From the NCBI GenBank assembly GCA_964016885.1, contig OZ024743.1, positions 71,238,001 through 71,302,000 of the forward strand: a stretch of 64,000 nucleotides of DNA. Reading direction: 5' to 3'. The notes under the pieces were generated by a model. It ran no database searches. It saw only the letters and a program-made list of their open reading frames with translations, and was not told where the DNA came from. Shown piece after piece: positions 51,420-64,000 of the stretch. The position numbers and the translations under genes were made by a program. Position 1 is the first letter of the stretch. Each line of letters opens with the position of its first letter. Source of the DNA: Eledone cirrhosa (lineage: Eukaryota).

Positions 51420-53790
51420 TAAAAGGGCAGCACCAGCCGGGTTTATGATTGCCTGTGCTACATTTGTGGCATCAGCATAGCTAGTGAGGGATGTTGTATG
51501 TACTACAGAGGGCATTTCTGAGAGAGCCACCAAAAACAGTACTGGTCCCAAGACTGTGCCCTGTGGAACCCCACTTGTTATCGATGTTTCTTTGGGGAGG
51601 GCCCCATTGGTTGCAACTATCTGCCTTCTGTCTTTTAAGAAATCATGTAGTTGCTCCCCTACTTTTCTGGTTATGCCGAGTCTGTGTAATTTGTGTCATA
51701 TCATTCCGTGGTCGACCTTGTCAAAGGCTTCGCAAAGTCAAGATATATCACGTCCACATTTGAGCTCTCCAGCAGTTGTTTCAGTACCCAGTCATAGTGT
51801 TGTAATAGCTGTGTGAGACAGCTTCATCCTGGGCGAAAGCAATGCTACATGTTAGTCAGGCTGTCATTTTCCATGACCTTACTGATATGTGACGTCAGGG
51901 AGACTGGCCTGTATATTTTTGGCCTCCGCTCTGCTTCCTCCTTTATGGATAGGGCATATTGTGCTTTCTTTTAGCTCTCTAGGTAGTTTATCGCTAGCCA
52001 AAGAACTTCTGAAGAGATTCGTCAGTGGACTTGCTAAGGTACGCTTACATGTTTTTAGAAGGACTGCTGGGAATCCATCAGGTCCAGCAGCTAAGTTTGT
52101 TCTAATTTCGTCTATGGTGGATACCACATCTTCCTCCTTTATGTCTATGTGGTCGATGGTCACCATTTCTTTGTGGAGTGTTGTGGCATCAAAATAAATC
52201 CTATGGCTTTGTTATTTGCATGTGCCTCAGTGGACGTGTGAACACACTTTTGTACTGTTCATTCAGTATTTCATTTATCTCTTGGAGATCCTCCGTTAAT
52301 GAACCATTTTTATGGAAGAGTGCCACAATCTTGCAGTGTACCGAGGCAGTTTCTTTTGCAAATTTAAAGAGGCCTTAGGGTTTGTTTTAATATTTTCTAT
52401 GGCTCTGGCTTCTCTGCCCTCTCCTTCTCATGGAAAAGTTTGAGTGCAGTTTCAATTTTAAGTAGTGCCTGTTTCAGATAGAGTTGCTTCTCGTTCTTCT
52501 GTTGTGCATCTAATTAGTTTGAGAGCTTAGTTCTTTGTCTCATAAGGACTTTCCTGTTTCTGGGAATAAGATCTTTTTATCCATTGGCCTTTTTCTTTGG
52601 GACAAACATATGGCATAGAGTTTGTATTGTGAAATGTTGAAATTGTGTGTTGGTGTCTTGTGTGGTGATATTGTCGCTCCAGTTTTGCTTCAGGATCTCT
52701 TCCTGGATCTTTTTCCAGTTAGCCTTGTGAAATTTTAGGCTGGATAAATTCCCGGTGCTTCTTAATGGTTGCATCTCTACTGACTCTCACAGACCACATA
52801 TCATTAGTTCCACTATGTTATGATCCAAGAAAATCTTTGGTGTCACCTTTACACTGTGGACGAGCACTGCGTTATTTGTAAAGCAGAGATCCAGGACATT
52901 ATCGCCTCTTGTTGGGAGGAGTACTGCTTGTTCCATGAACAGCCTGTGTTTGAGTGCTAGCAGGGACTTTGTCCGTCTCTGTTCAAGTGATGTCATTCCA
53001 GGGAGGAGGTAGCTCTCAAGCCATTTGACCTTTGGTAGGTTAAAGTCTCCCAGCAGCAGAACGTTGACACCTTGGTCCAGTTTGTCAAGGACTTCTTCCA
53101 TCCCTCTGAGGCTTTCTTCGAAATTACTTTCATGAGTAGGGGCGTCGGGTGGCCGATATCGGACACATATTACCATTTTCAGTTGCTTCATATGTACTAT
53201 CAGTGTGTCACAGACTGAGTTGGAATGTGTCAACAGTGCAATAGGTGTGACATCTTCACGGATGTATAGGGCAACCCCACCATGAATTCTGTCTCTCCTG
53301 TCAAACGAAATACAGTATACTCTGGTATGTGTATTTCCACATCGGCTATACTGCTTGTCGGGTGCGTTTCAGTTAGTGCCATGCATATTGCTTGATTGCT
53401 TATGACCAAATCTCTCAGGTAAGGAATTTTACTCATGTTAGTGAATTTCACCAGGCCTCTGTTATTCAACAGCAGCATTGGTATGACATTTGGGGTGTCA
53501 GCAATGGCTGTCGGTGTGACACCTGACCTGGTGTCAGCGGCAGCCACCCTGGGTCCCTTGATTGTGGTGTGAGTAACAACATAGCCAGGTCATTTGTCCT
53601 ACAATCCTCTCCACCATTTCTAAAATAATTATTTTGCTCCGCTGCCGCCGCCTGTATCTCATCTGTATATGCTTGCCTTCTACTCTTTGTTGGGACAGCT
53701 TGTATCGGTTCTGGTTTTGGCTGGGGCATTTTGGGTGAGTAGGTTGGGCGAATCTCACCTGGGGCTTGGGGTGAGCGAACCTACAGCCTT
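51420..53790 (-). mobile_element. Degraded CR1-group LINE (APE-RT)
   Basis: LLNNRGL, ALTETH, YRPP, LLGDFNLP, LDLCF, GPDGFP, PIHKGG, VPQGTVLGP, YAD; many frameshifts. Confidence 0.85.
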
Positions 53791-54226
53791 GAGAGATCCA
53801 GGGAGCAAGAGAGAGAGAGAGAGGGAGAGAGAGAGAGGGAGAGAGGGAGAGGGATAGAGAGAGAGAGAGAGAAAACCAGCAATAGAGAGAGATGTATGTT
53901 TAGTGACTTCAACAAAAATCGTTAATTATAATTATTAGTATGTTTCTTTAAATATTATTTGAGACACTTCAAAAAACACGTGTTCATGAGAAAAATAAAT
54001 ATAAATATATAAAAATGAAAGGAAAAGAAATAAGATGAAATAAAATACCGCGGATTCAAATAAATAGATAAATATTATGATTTTAACGAATATTACTGTG
54101 AGTTTTAATTACATGGTATCAAGTACTAGAGCGTGTTTGTTTACAATATACGTTTAACAGATGCTAAATACATTTTAATTATATATCGGGTAACATACAT
54201 ATATTATATATTTGATAATAATAATG

Positions 54227-54269
<43 letters not shown>

Positions 54270-54517
54270 TTTCTTTATTAACCACAAGGGTTTACATAAA
54301 GTAGACATTAAGGACAGTGCAGGACAATGCAGGACGGTACAAATGGGCATTTCTGCGTGTAAAAAACAAAAACAGAGGATGTAACAAAAAATAACAATGA
54401 AAAATTCCCCAATAGGGGGCAGACTTCGGAGGGACATTTGTGGAGAAAGCCCAGTAAAAAGCCACAATGACCCTGACCACCAAGGCAAGTGCCCTCTCCC
54501 AGTTTTCCACCTTTAAT

Positions 54518-57500
54518 TTACAGATATATACTCAGAGTAGGCCCATTCACTCGGGCCATTCTTGCTTCTCTCACCCATCTTTCAACAAAATGCTGGGAAG
54601 AGAGCACTTCCCTCTCTACTCTGATTTTCCTTTTCAAATGAAATTTGAAAAAGTCAATCAGAGCATCACCGAAGAGGTAAGTGCTCGTCTTCAGCCCTTT
54701 CAAACGTGTCCACCATACTATCTCTTTCACCATGGCCACCAGGCAGATAAAAACTGCCTGCCCTTCCCAGCTAAAGGAGGAGGTCGGGGCAATCCTCACG
54801 ATGGACTCAGATGATAGCCGGATCCGTCCTAAACGCGACAGCAGGTGTTCGACATAAACCCACAAGTCAGCAATTTTCGGACACTGGACGAGTGCGTGCA
54901 GGACGGTTTCGTCGCCCTGCGCGCATCTCGGACATGCCTGTAGAGTTTATCCCGAACTGGCAAGGCTCCTCGGTAGCACTGCCAGGCCAGAGATTTCTGG
55001 AAGTTGTCCATAGGCCCCGGCCCGAAAGTTCTTCCGAAGAGATTGGCTAGTTGATTTTCGTCGACGCCTAGAGTTTCCCCAAGTACGTCGTCGCTCTTCC
55101 CCTCCACTAATCCTCTATAGAACGCCGAGGTGGAGTTTCCACCGATCACATTGCCCGATTGGTCGAGGGCTGTGAGCGCCTGAAGACATTCCAGTCTCCA
55201 GGCGCTCCCTCTCGGTCTTCGCTTGACCCAGGACTGCAGCTCCGTCAAGGAAACGAGCTGGGGAAAAACGCGTCTAGCAAACGGCGACCACACCTGATCA
55301 CCGTCGAGGAAGAGGTGGAGATGTCGTAGCCTGAGCGCGTGCCTGCGCATCATCAGCCACGGCATGCCCAGCCCTCCACGTAGCGGGTGTTGACAACAGA
55401 TGGACCGCCTGACCATCGGAGCACGTCCCTTCCACAAAAAGCGAAAGAGCAAACGCTCCAGCGCAGTCAGGCGAGGCCTAGGACAAGGTACGACGGTTAG
55501 GCGGTAGCAGCTGACAGACGCGATGTACGCGTTAGCCACCTCCGCTCTACCTTTCAGGGATAGCTTCCTCTCCGCCCATTTCTGGGTGAGAGAAGCCACC
55601 CTGCTCGTCACCTCGTCCCAGTTTTTGTCCGTCTGGAGGTCCGGACCGAACCAGACCCCTAGCAATTTAACCGGTCCGTCCGTCCAGCACCCGACGACGC
55701 TGTTGGACGGCATGGACCTGCCTCTCCAGGTGCCGAGCTGCAGGCCCACTGACTTTTCCTGGTTGATCATTGCTCCTGTCACCGCTTCGTATTCTCTTAG
55801 TGTAGTGCCGATCGCCTCGATGTGTTTGGCGTTCGACACCACTACGGTGACATCGTCCGCATATGCTGACACGGATCTTCCGCATCCTAGTTCGCGCGGG
55901 ACTCCCCTCAACGTCTCCAGTTTGTGCAGTAATGGCTCGAGAGTCAATACGTACAAGAGGGACGAGAGGGGACATCCTTGGCGGACCGAGCGCATGATGT
56001 TGAACGGTTCCGACAGGTGACCGTTCACTCTCACCACAGAGCAGATGTCGCTGTGCATGGCAGCGATCCAGCCTCTGAAGACGGGCCCAAAGCCAGCCGC
56101 CCTCAGGACTGCCGCTAGGTAACGATGGTCGACCCTATCGAAAGCTTTCGACTGATCTAAATTGATCAAGGACCCACCCGTGCCAGGTTCCTTAGCTACC
56201 CTCTCTATGATGTATCGCATGAGGTGGAGGTTGTCGTGGATGGATCTGTCGGGAATGGCGCACGTCTGCGCCTCTCCCACCAGACCACCAACGACAAGCG
56301 CCAACCTCTTTGCTAGCACCTTGGCCAAAATCTTGAACTCTGTGTTTAGCAGAGTTATGGGCCGGAAATTGTCTATGTTATCCCCCTTGTTCGGATCCTT
56401 TCTCAGCAGTGCCACCGCTCCTCGGCTCACAGAACTGGGAATTCTCCCGTTATATTGCCAGTTGCAGTAGACGTCCGCCAAGAGGCCTCCGAACAAGTCT
56501 GGCATCTGTACGTAAAGTTCATAGGGTAGACCATCCAAACCAGGCAATTTACCCCTTGTGCAGCCAGTCATTGCCTCCCTTACTTCAGCGGCTGTTATCG
56601 GCTTTCGCAACACTTCGCCTCAGTGGCCGACAGCCGCGGCAGTCCGTCGAGGTAGACACTAAAGTCCATCCCTCTACCCGGCCCCCCGCTGCCCCCGAAC
56701 AGCTGAGCGAAGTGTCGCTGAAAAGCTTTACACATTTGCCCGGGATCGAGTAGCATGCGCCCGTCGTGGTCCACCAAAGACCGGATCGTGGCTTTGTTGC
56801 CACGACGCGCCTCCGCCACTCGGGCCCATTGAACGGCTTTCGTCCCCTCGTGTCTGAGAGCACGCACCCTAGCTCTGACAACGCAGCCTTCGTGCTTCGC
56901 ATTGAAGAATTGGTCAAGGGCCAATTTCGCCGCAAGCACGTCGGTCGCAATGCCTTTGCTAAGCGCCTCGTCTAATTTTCTAACTAGTTCTCCCTCTGCT
57001 CTATTTTTCTCTATTGCTAAAGCCTTACTAAACCTAATCGATTCTATTCTAATCGCTCTTTTCAGAGCAAACCACCACTTGTTGTTGACGATGGACCCCG
57101 TCAACGCCCGCTTAACTAGTTCGCTAATCCGGTCTCTGTAGGCCTTGCGCGCTGGTAAGGACGGTTTAGCTTCCAGTAGCCGGGTCCTCGTCTATGAAGC
57201 CTATCTAAGTCAAGCACACAGGTCACGAATTTGTGGTCCGTGTAGCTGACTATCTTGAATTGTGGACAGCCTATGCTAGACCTATCTATTTCCCTACAAA
57301 TTACTCTATCTAGATATGATCTGGATGACCCTATGCGGTTTGTCCAAGTCCACATTGGCACATTCGGGAAATCCAATCGGTACCTGTCAGACAGTTCAAA
57401 ACGCCTGAGCAGGTTGGTGAGGCTCTTGCACCCTCCATCCCTATCCACTAATCCCACACAGTCCCAGCGTGCATCTAAGATCCCGTTCCAGTCGCCCACT

Positions 57501-57955
57501 AACACTAAAGAGCGGGACGTTCCAAGAAAGGTCTCCAGACGCCGGAAGAAATCAGGCCGCCCTGCTCCTGTCGGGGCATAGACGGCCACTAGCCTGAAAG
57601 CTTGCCCGTCTCCGCTGGTCACGTCCAGCACCACCAGCTTACCCTCTGGGTCCAGGAAGATGGCCCGTATGGCGAGATCCAAACCTCTCCGAAAAAGCAC
57701 AGCAACTCCTCCACCCGATCCAGGACGGCTGGGAGATGCGTACACATCGTAGCCGCCGAAGATCGGTGCGAAGGCCCGTGCTTCGGAGATTCTGGTCTCG
57801 CTGATGGCCACTACATCTATGTTTAGTGACCTGAGGTCGTTGAGCAGGTGACCCTGCTTCCATGACGACCCCAAGCCACGCGCATTTATGCTGCCTATTC
57901 TGAGTGAGGTCCTGTTTAAAATAGAGTGGAAAAGATGGGAAAGACCACTTACCGT
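54518..57955 (-). pseudogene. Tx1 ORF2 (APE, RT, zinc finger) with three frame disruptions
   Basis: SINARGL, SET, VYAP, GDWN, YLDR, TDH, then RT nearly identical to 20709; breaks near 57160, 56608 and 54935. Confidence 0.88.
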
Positions 57956-60048
57956 ACTTTTGGTAGAGGAGGGATGGTTTTTACATCTCTTTTTACTTGA
58001 TCGTCTGGTGAAGGGACCGTTGAATCGTCCCTTCGGCTGGTCGTCGGCTCTTCTAAGAGAATGTCTGAATATACTCTTCGATTGATGGTTCCTCCTAGGT
58101 CCCTGAAATCACCAACTGCGTTGGGGAATTTCGTTTTAATGTTTGTGTATTGTTTCTGTGCTATTTTTAGCAGTCTTATGTTAGTTGGCGTTTTGATTGG
58201 TGCTGGTATTATGTAGTCCTGTTGTGAAATGTCTGTGTGTTCAATTATGTAAGTCATTAGTTTCTTGTTGTGTGTGTTTATTGCCGTGCATTTGTTTTTC
58301 TGGGGGTGGGGTGTGGTTCTGCTATTTTCTTGTCGTTGTTGCTGGGTGTGTGTGTTTTGTTGTTGTGTTTGCGATGTTGGTGCTTGTGGTGGTGGTGTTG
58401 AAGGTGCTGTTGGCGGTGGGGTTGTCGCCGGTGGTGATGGTGGTGCTGGTGTGGGTGGTGATGGTGTTAGTGGTGTTGCTGCTGTGGGTCTCTTTGCAGT
58501 AGACTTTACCCTTTTCTCATTTCTTTCCTCCCTTTTCAAAGGCGACGATGCGCTGCTTCTGCGTTTGTGCCTTCTTGCGACCTTTTGCCATCCCTCTCCC
58601 ACCTCACACTTCATGTCTGATTCTGTGAGGTCGGGGAGGGGTACCAGCTCCACTCTTTCACTTGTTGTTGTTGGTGATGTTTGCACTGGAGTCTCTGTTG
58701 CAGCTGCATTTGATATTGCTGTTGTTGTTGTTAATATTTCCACTGCTGCTGCTGTTTTTGATTTCCGTGGAGTGGGTATGGGTGCCACGGACCTATCGTT
58801 CCTGGTTGCCGCTTGTCCTGTTGCTGGTAGCCGTGGAGCCGGATTCGGAAGGAGGGGGGTTTTCTCCTTTCTCAGGGTCTTCTCGTTGCAGAAGGCCCTG
58901 AGGTGAGTCTTCGATCCACAGCGAAAGCATTTCGGGCGTTTGCCCTCAACACTTATGGGCAGTTGAGTGCCGTTATCGAAGTCTATCACATCCGGGATAG
59001 CTTCAATGCACTCCTGGTTGGTTTGGATTAGCATCTCAATGGAGGAGCCGACCCAATCTTCTCTTACTTTTTTCTGTACTTGCAGTACAGTTGTTTTGTC
59101 CTCGATTCCGACGAGGACAGACGCGGCCAGCCAAGAAGGGGTCATTCCGGGGGGGACGTGGGTCAGTTTGACCCTCACAATTTTTTGCCCGCAGTAGGAG
59201 GGCACCAACACCATTTCCTCGCTCCTTAGGGTCACTACTGATTGGGCCTTTGCCTCCTGGGGTGTGGCAAAAAGTACGTCTACGGTGGCATATTTTTTGC
59301 CTCGGGTGATGTGCGTTTTCCGCTGCCACACAGACCCCAAGGCTTTTTGTATTTGGGCCTCTGTGGCTCTTTCCACCCTACGGGATTTTGTACTTACTGT
59401 ACGGTACGTGACCGTACAGTGCTCTTGGGTTTCGAAAAATTTTTCCGCTGCCTTGCAGATTGCTCGGTGTCCGTTCTTTGTCACCATCTTCTTCGCTTGC
59501 TCTAATTCCTCATTTGTTATGAGGATTGTTTCCAAGTTTTTCGCAATACCTGCAAATGAGATTAGTTTTTCTCTGCTGTTGTTGTTGTCGTCAGAGCTGC
59601 TGGTACTTTTGTTGTTGCTGCAGGTACTACGACTACTGCCTCCGCCGCTGTTGCTGTGGTTGTTGTTGGTGTTGCTGCTGCTAATGCTGTTGTTGTTTTT
59701 GCTGCTGGTGATGCTGTTGCGGCTGCTACTGTTGTTTTCATTGTCACTGTTGCTGTTGTTATTACGGCTGCTACTGCTATTATTCCTGACGTCAGACGAA
59801 TGAACTGGGTTTTCGTGTTTCCCGCACAGCTGATTCGTCGCTGTCGTCGTCGTCGTCGTGGAGAAACCTTGCACGCTTTGCACGAGACTTTTCTTTTCTT
59901 TCGTCACTTGCGAAAGAGAAGGGAGGGAGAGAGACACATTTAAAGAAGGGAGGGAGAGAGACAATCTTCTCTCTGCTGTAGTGATGATTGAGGAAGAAGA
60001 AGACGGAATGAGTGGGAGTGACGTATGAAATTTCTTTTTCGTAGCCAT
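57949..60048 (-). CDS. Tx1 ORF1, 699 aa, intact
   Basis: ATG start; zinc knuckle CFRCGSKTHLRAFC; central domain homologous to ORF1 at 24379. Confidence 0.85.
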   Translation of the reverse strand: MATKKKFHTSLPLIPSSSSSIITTAERRLSLSLPSLNVSLSLPSLSQVTKEKKSLVQSVQGFSTTTTTTATNQLCGKHENPVHSSDVRNNSSSSRNNNSNSDNENNSSSRNSITSSKNNNSISSSNTNNNHSNSGGGSSRSTCSNNKSTSSSDDNNNSREKLISFAGIAKNLETILITNEELEQAKKMVTKNGHRAICKAAEKFFETQEHCTVTYRTVSTKSRRVERATEAQIQKALGSVWQRKTHITRGKKYATVDVLFATPQEAKAQSVVTLRSEEMVLVPSYCGQKIVRVKLTHVPPGMTPSWLAASVLVGIEDKTTVLQVQKKVREDWVGSSIEMLIQTNQECIEAIPDVIDFDNGTQLPISVEGKRPKCFRCGSKTHLRAFCNEKTLRKEKTPLLPNPAPRLPATGQAATRNDRSVAPIPTPRKSKTAAAVEILTTTTAISNAAATETPVQTSPTTTSERVELVPLPDLTESDMKCEVGEGWQKVARRHKRRSSASSPLKREERNEKRVKSTAKRPTAATPLTPSPPTPAPPSPPATTPPPTAPSTPPPQAPTSQTQQQNTHTQQQRQENSRTTPHPQKNKCTAINTHNKKLMTYIIEHTDISQQDYIIPAPIKTPTNIRLLKIAQKQYTNIKTKFPNAVGDFRDLGGTINRRVYSDILLEEPTTSRRDDSTVPSPDDQVKRDVKTIPPLPKVR

Positions 60049-60263
60049 GTTGTTTTTTGTTTAAAATGAAATTTTGGGTACAAAACCCCAATAACTGGTT
60101 ATTTAACCCCGAAGGGCCAAATAACGGACAGAAAGACCCCTCTCACGAGGAGGAGGGTGTCTTTATCAACAATTTGGTTCAAGTTTTAAACAATTAACAA
60201 TTGTTTTAACGGTTAAAAATTACTATACCTTACAGAGCCGAGCCTCCGTCAACCATGGCATTC

Positions 60264-60300
<37 letters not shown>

Positions 60301-60304
<4 letters not shown>

Positions 60305-60593
60305 TTAACCGATACCAGGACTTAAAGTGTGAGGTAAAAAGGATTTGGAACTGCCATGAAGTCAAAGTGATCCCGATTGTCATAGGCGCACTGGGGACTA
60401 TCTCCAAAAGTTTGCAGGGATGGTTAAAGAAAATCGGCCCCTTCACGCTTTTTGGAACGCTTCAAAAGGCATGCTTGCTGGGAACAGCAAGAACCCTCCG
60501 ATACGTCCTGAATATCTGAGGCTGCAGGTAGTGGCTTGATATTCATTCCAACGGACTTTCCGGTTAACTAACATCAATGACTGAGATTCAAGG
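60301..60593 (+). mobile_element. Dong-A 3'-terminal fragment
   Basis: Matches 17004-17297 (KINRYQDLK..LRYVLNI* plus 3' UTR); (AAT)n on both sides. Confidence 0.9.
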
Positions 60594-60632
60594 AATAATA
60601 ACAATAATAATAATGATAATAATAATAATAAT

Positions 60633-61605
60633 GCTTCCTTTATTAACCACAAGGGTTTACATAAAGTAGACATTAAGGACAGTACAGGACAATACAGGAC
60701 GGTACAAATGGGCATTTCTGCGTGTAAAAAACAAAAACAGAGGATGTAACAAAAAATAACAATGAAAAATTCCCCAATAGGGGGGGGGGGGAGACTTCCG
60801 AGGGACATTTGTGGAGAAAGCCCATTAAAAAGCCACGGTAACCCTCTCCCAGTTTTCCACTTTCAATTTACAGGCGCATACTCAAAGTAGGCCCATTTAT
60901 TCGGGCCATGCTTGCCTCTATCACCCATCTTTCAACAAAATGCTGGGAAGAAAGCCCTTCCCTCTCTACCCTGATTTTCATTTTCAAATGAGATTTTAAA
61001 TAGTTAATCAGGGCATCACCGAAGAGGTAAGGGCTCGTCTTCAGCCCTTTCAAACGTGTCCACCACACTGTCTCTTTCGCCATGGCCACCAGACAGATAC
61101 AATCTGCTACCCTTCCCGACTAAAGGAAGACGGCGGGGCAATCCTCACGATGGACTCAGCTGATAGCAGGATCCGTCCTACACGCGACAACAGGTATTCG
61201 ACATAAACCCACAAGTCCGAAATGTTCGGACACTGGACAAGTGCGTGCAGGATGGTTTCGTTGCCCTGCGCGCATCTCGGACATGCCCGGCTAATGGCAC
61301 TTCCATGCTTGTAGAGTTTATCCCGAACTGGCAAAGGTCCTCGGTAGCACTGCCAGGCCAGGGATTTTTGGAAGTTGTCCATAGACCCCGGCCCGAACGT
61401 TCTCCCGAAGAGATTGGCTAGTTGATTTTCATCGACGCCTCGAGTCTCTCCAAGTACGTCGTCGCTTTTCCCCTCCACTATTCCTCTATAGAATGACAAG
61501 TTGGAGTTTCCACCGATCGCATTGTCCGACTGGACGAGGGCTGTAAGCGCCTGAAGACATTCCAGTCTCCAAGCGCTCTCTCTCGGTCTTCGCTTGACCC
61601 AGGAA
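60633..61605 (-). mobile_element. Tx1 3' fragment, copy 4
   Basis: Matches the ORF2 C-terminus and 3' UTR of copies 1 and 3, more diverged. Confidence 0.9.
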
Positions 61606-61859
61606 ACACAAAGTTGTCTCCTTCTCATCAAGGAAGATGAAAAAAACTTACCTCAACACTTAATTTTAAATCTTTAATTTTTAGTTTCTAATTCTTATTA
61701 ATTCGTTTTAATAGTAATACTCAACATTTGATAATATAAATTTTACTAATACACATCGAAACCGGTAATACTTTATATACATTATAAAACTCTTTATATA
61801 CATTATAACTCCATATATCTTTATATACATTATAAAACTATATATATATATATATATAT

Positions 61860-62675
61860 ATATTTAATACAATAACAGAGAAAGCTTTAAGCTAAACTCC
61901 GACTGGTAACCATCTCACTCAACAAACATTAGGTTATACGTTAGTATAATCCCAATTTAGTGTTTGGGGTGCTAACTATATGTATCTTGTGGAAAGCCAG
62001 TTGTATTATTTTATATGAGATATAATTACAGTTAAAATATATCTCTCTTTCCAAACAATTGTTTCATTATAAGTTTTCTACAAGTTGGGAGAATGTTTCC
62101 AGTTTATGTAGAAGCCTAACATATTTTTCTGTGAGAATATATGTAGGTGGGCACTTATAAATCGTCAGTGGATGCCCATTAAACTTTGATATAAGAAAAA
62201 AATTCCTTACCGCAGTTGTTTTTCGTGTCCGCTAAGTTGTCCCTTCACGCATCGAATGACCGCCAAATTTGAAATTCCAGCAGTCTTTAGACTGAGGAAG
62301 TATCATAGCGTCACGAAGCGGAAAAGGGAGACAATCACGAGTCACGAGAAAAGTAAAATAATATACACGTGGGTTAATTAGTTTTTTCAAAAACATTATC
62401 AATCCTGCGTGTTAAGAACTCAATTAATTAAAAAAAAATAAATGTATGCGTGTATTAATTACACACGCATATAGATATTTTCTTAGGCTAAAAACAGAGA
62501 AGTGATACCTAAAAAACAAACAATATCTCATAACAGTCATAAATACGGAAAGTTACGTTTATAAGGCACCTGGAAATATAAATCTCTGGCCAAATCAAGA
62601 GTAAAATATTTAATACAATAACAGAGAAAGCTTTAAGCTAAACTCCGACTGGTAACCATCTCACTCAACAAACAT
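61860..62675. repeat. ~815-bp segment bounded by identical 70-bp direct repeats
   Basis: ATATTTAATACAATAACAGAGAAAGC..CTCAACAAACAT at 61860-61929 and 62606-62675. Confidence 0.85.
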
Positions 62676-62775
62676 ATATATATATTCCCAGAGAGAGGAA
62701 AATCCTTATGAGACGTTGAACCAAGCTCTCAAACCAGTTGAATAGTCAACATGAAAACAAAAACAAGAAGGAATC

Positions 62776-64000
62776 CTATTTGAAATGTGCACTACTTGGC
62801 ACCGAGATTGCACTCAAACTTTCCCATGGAAATGAGAGGGCAAAGGAAGAGAACAGAGCCATAGAAAACATTAAAACAAACCCTAAGGCCTTCTTTAAAT
62901 TTGCAAAAGAAACTGCCTCGGTACACTGCAAGATTGGGCCACTCTTCCATACGGACGGTTCATTAACCGAAAACCCCCAAGAGATATGTGAAATACTGAA
63001 CGAACAGTACAAAAGTGTGTTCACATGTCCACTGAGGCACATGCAAATAACGAAGCCAGCGGAGTTCTTTGATGCCACAACACTACATGAAGAAATGGCG
63101 ACCATCAACCACATAGACATAACGGAGGAGGATGTGGTGTATGCCATAGATGAAATTAGAACAGACTCAGCTGCTGGACCTGATGGATTCCCAGCAGTTC
63201 TCTTAAAAACATGTAAGCGGGCCTTTGCAACTCCACTGAAGATGCTCTTCAGAAGCTCTTTGGCTAGCGGTGTACTACCCAGAGAGCTGAAAGAAGGAAC
63301 AATATGCCCTATCCATAAAGGAGGTAGCAGAGCGGAGGACAAAAACTATAGGCCAGTCTCCCTGACGTCGCATATCAGTAAGGTCATGGAGCGAGTCGTC
63401 AGAAAGAAACTGATCACTTTCCTCGAGGAAAATGACCGCCTGACTAGCACGCAACATGGCTTCCGCCCAGGAAGAAGCTGCCTTACACAGCTTCTACATC
63501 ACTACGACTGGGTACTGAAACAACTACTAGACAGCGCACATGTGGACGTGATATATCTTGACTTTGCGAAGGCCTTTGACAAGGTCGACCACGGAATATG
63601 TCACAAACTACACGGACTCGGCATAACTGGAAAAGTAGGTGAGTGGCTGCATGACTTCCTAAAGGACAGAAGCCAGACAGTCGCAGCAAATGGGGCCCTC
63701 TCAAAGGAAACACCAATAACAAGTGGGGTGCCCCAGGGGACAGTCCTGGGACCAGTACTGTTTTTGGTGGCTCTCTCAGACATGCCCTCTGTAGTACATA
63801 CAACAACATCCCTCACTAGCTATGCTGATGACACTAAGGTAGCACAGGCAATAAAAAATCCGGCTGACGCTGCCCTTTTACAACAAGATCTGGATGTCAT
63901 ATACAAATGGGCGGAAGAAAACAACATGCAGTTTAATGCTGGAAAATTCCAAGCCCTACAATACAAACCTCCAAACAAACCTGCAAACACAAATATAGTA
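62776..64000 (+). mobile_element. CR1-group LINE RT fragment, runs off the window
   Basis: NPKAFF, GPDGFP, NYRPVSLTS, QHGFR, YLDFAKAFDKV, GVPQGTVLGP, YADDTK; same family as 51420-53790. Confidence 0.88.

Larger units (their letters stand above)
54268..60263 (-). mobile_element. Full-length L1/Tx1-type LINE, copy 3 (~6 kb)
   Basis: 5' UTR, ORF1, APE-RT-zinc finger ORF2 and 3' UTR; (ATT)n on the sense strand at both ends. Confidence 0.93.

Overview
AT-rich, repeat-dense animal DNA with no recognisable host gene, rRNA, true tRNA or CRISPR array. The tRNA-derived SINEs resemble, from memory, the cephalopod OK/OR families, so an octopus-like source is likely (inference). Main contents: (1) three clusters in which R4/Dong-type LINEs (RT plus restriction-like endonuclease), L1/Tx1-type LINEs (ORF1 plus APE-RT) and a SINE sit in (TAA)n/(TTA)n tracts with consistent opposite strand polarity; (2) a ~10 kb duplication (6343-17003 vs 25312-35426); (3) several type I hammerhead ribozyme motifs and half-motifs in short Penelope-like fragments, often next to (TA)n tracts, some folded into near-perfect palindromes whose apex lies inside the ribozyme; (4) large minisatellites, several traceable to small pieces of mobile elements (an RTE endonuclease motif, a SINE A-box); (5) degraded RTE, CR1-like and Tc1/mariner remnants plus MITEs. 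Coordinates were read by eye and may be off by a few bases. Family assignments rest on motif recognition, not database searches.
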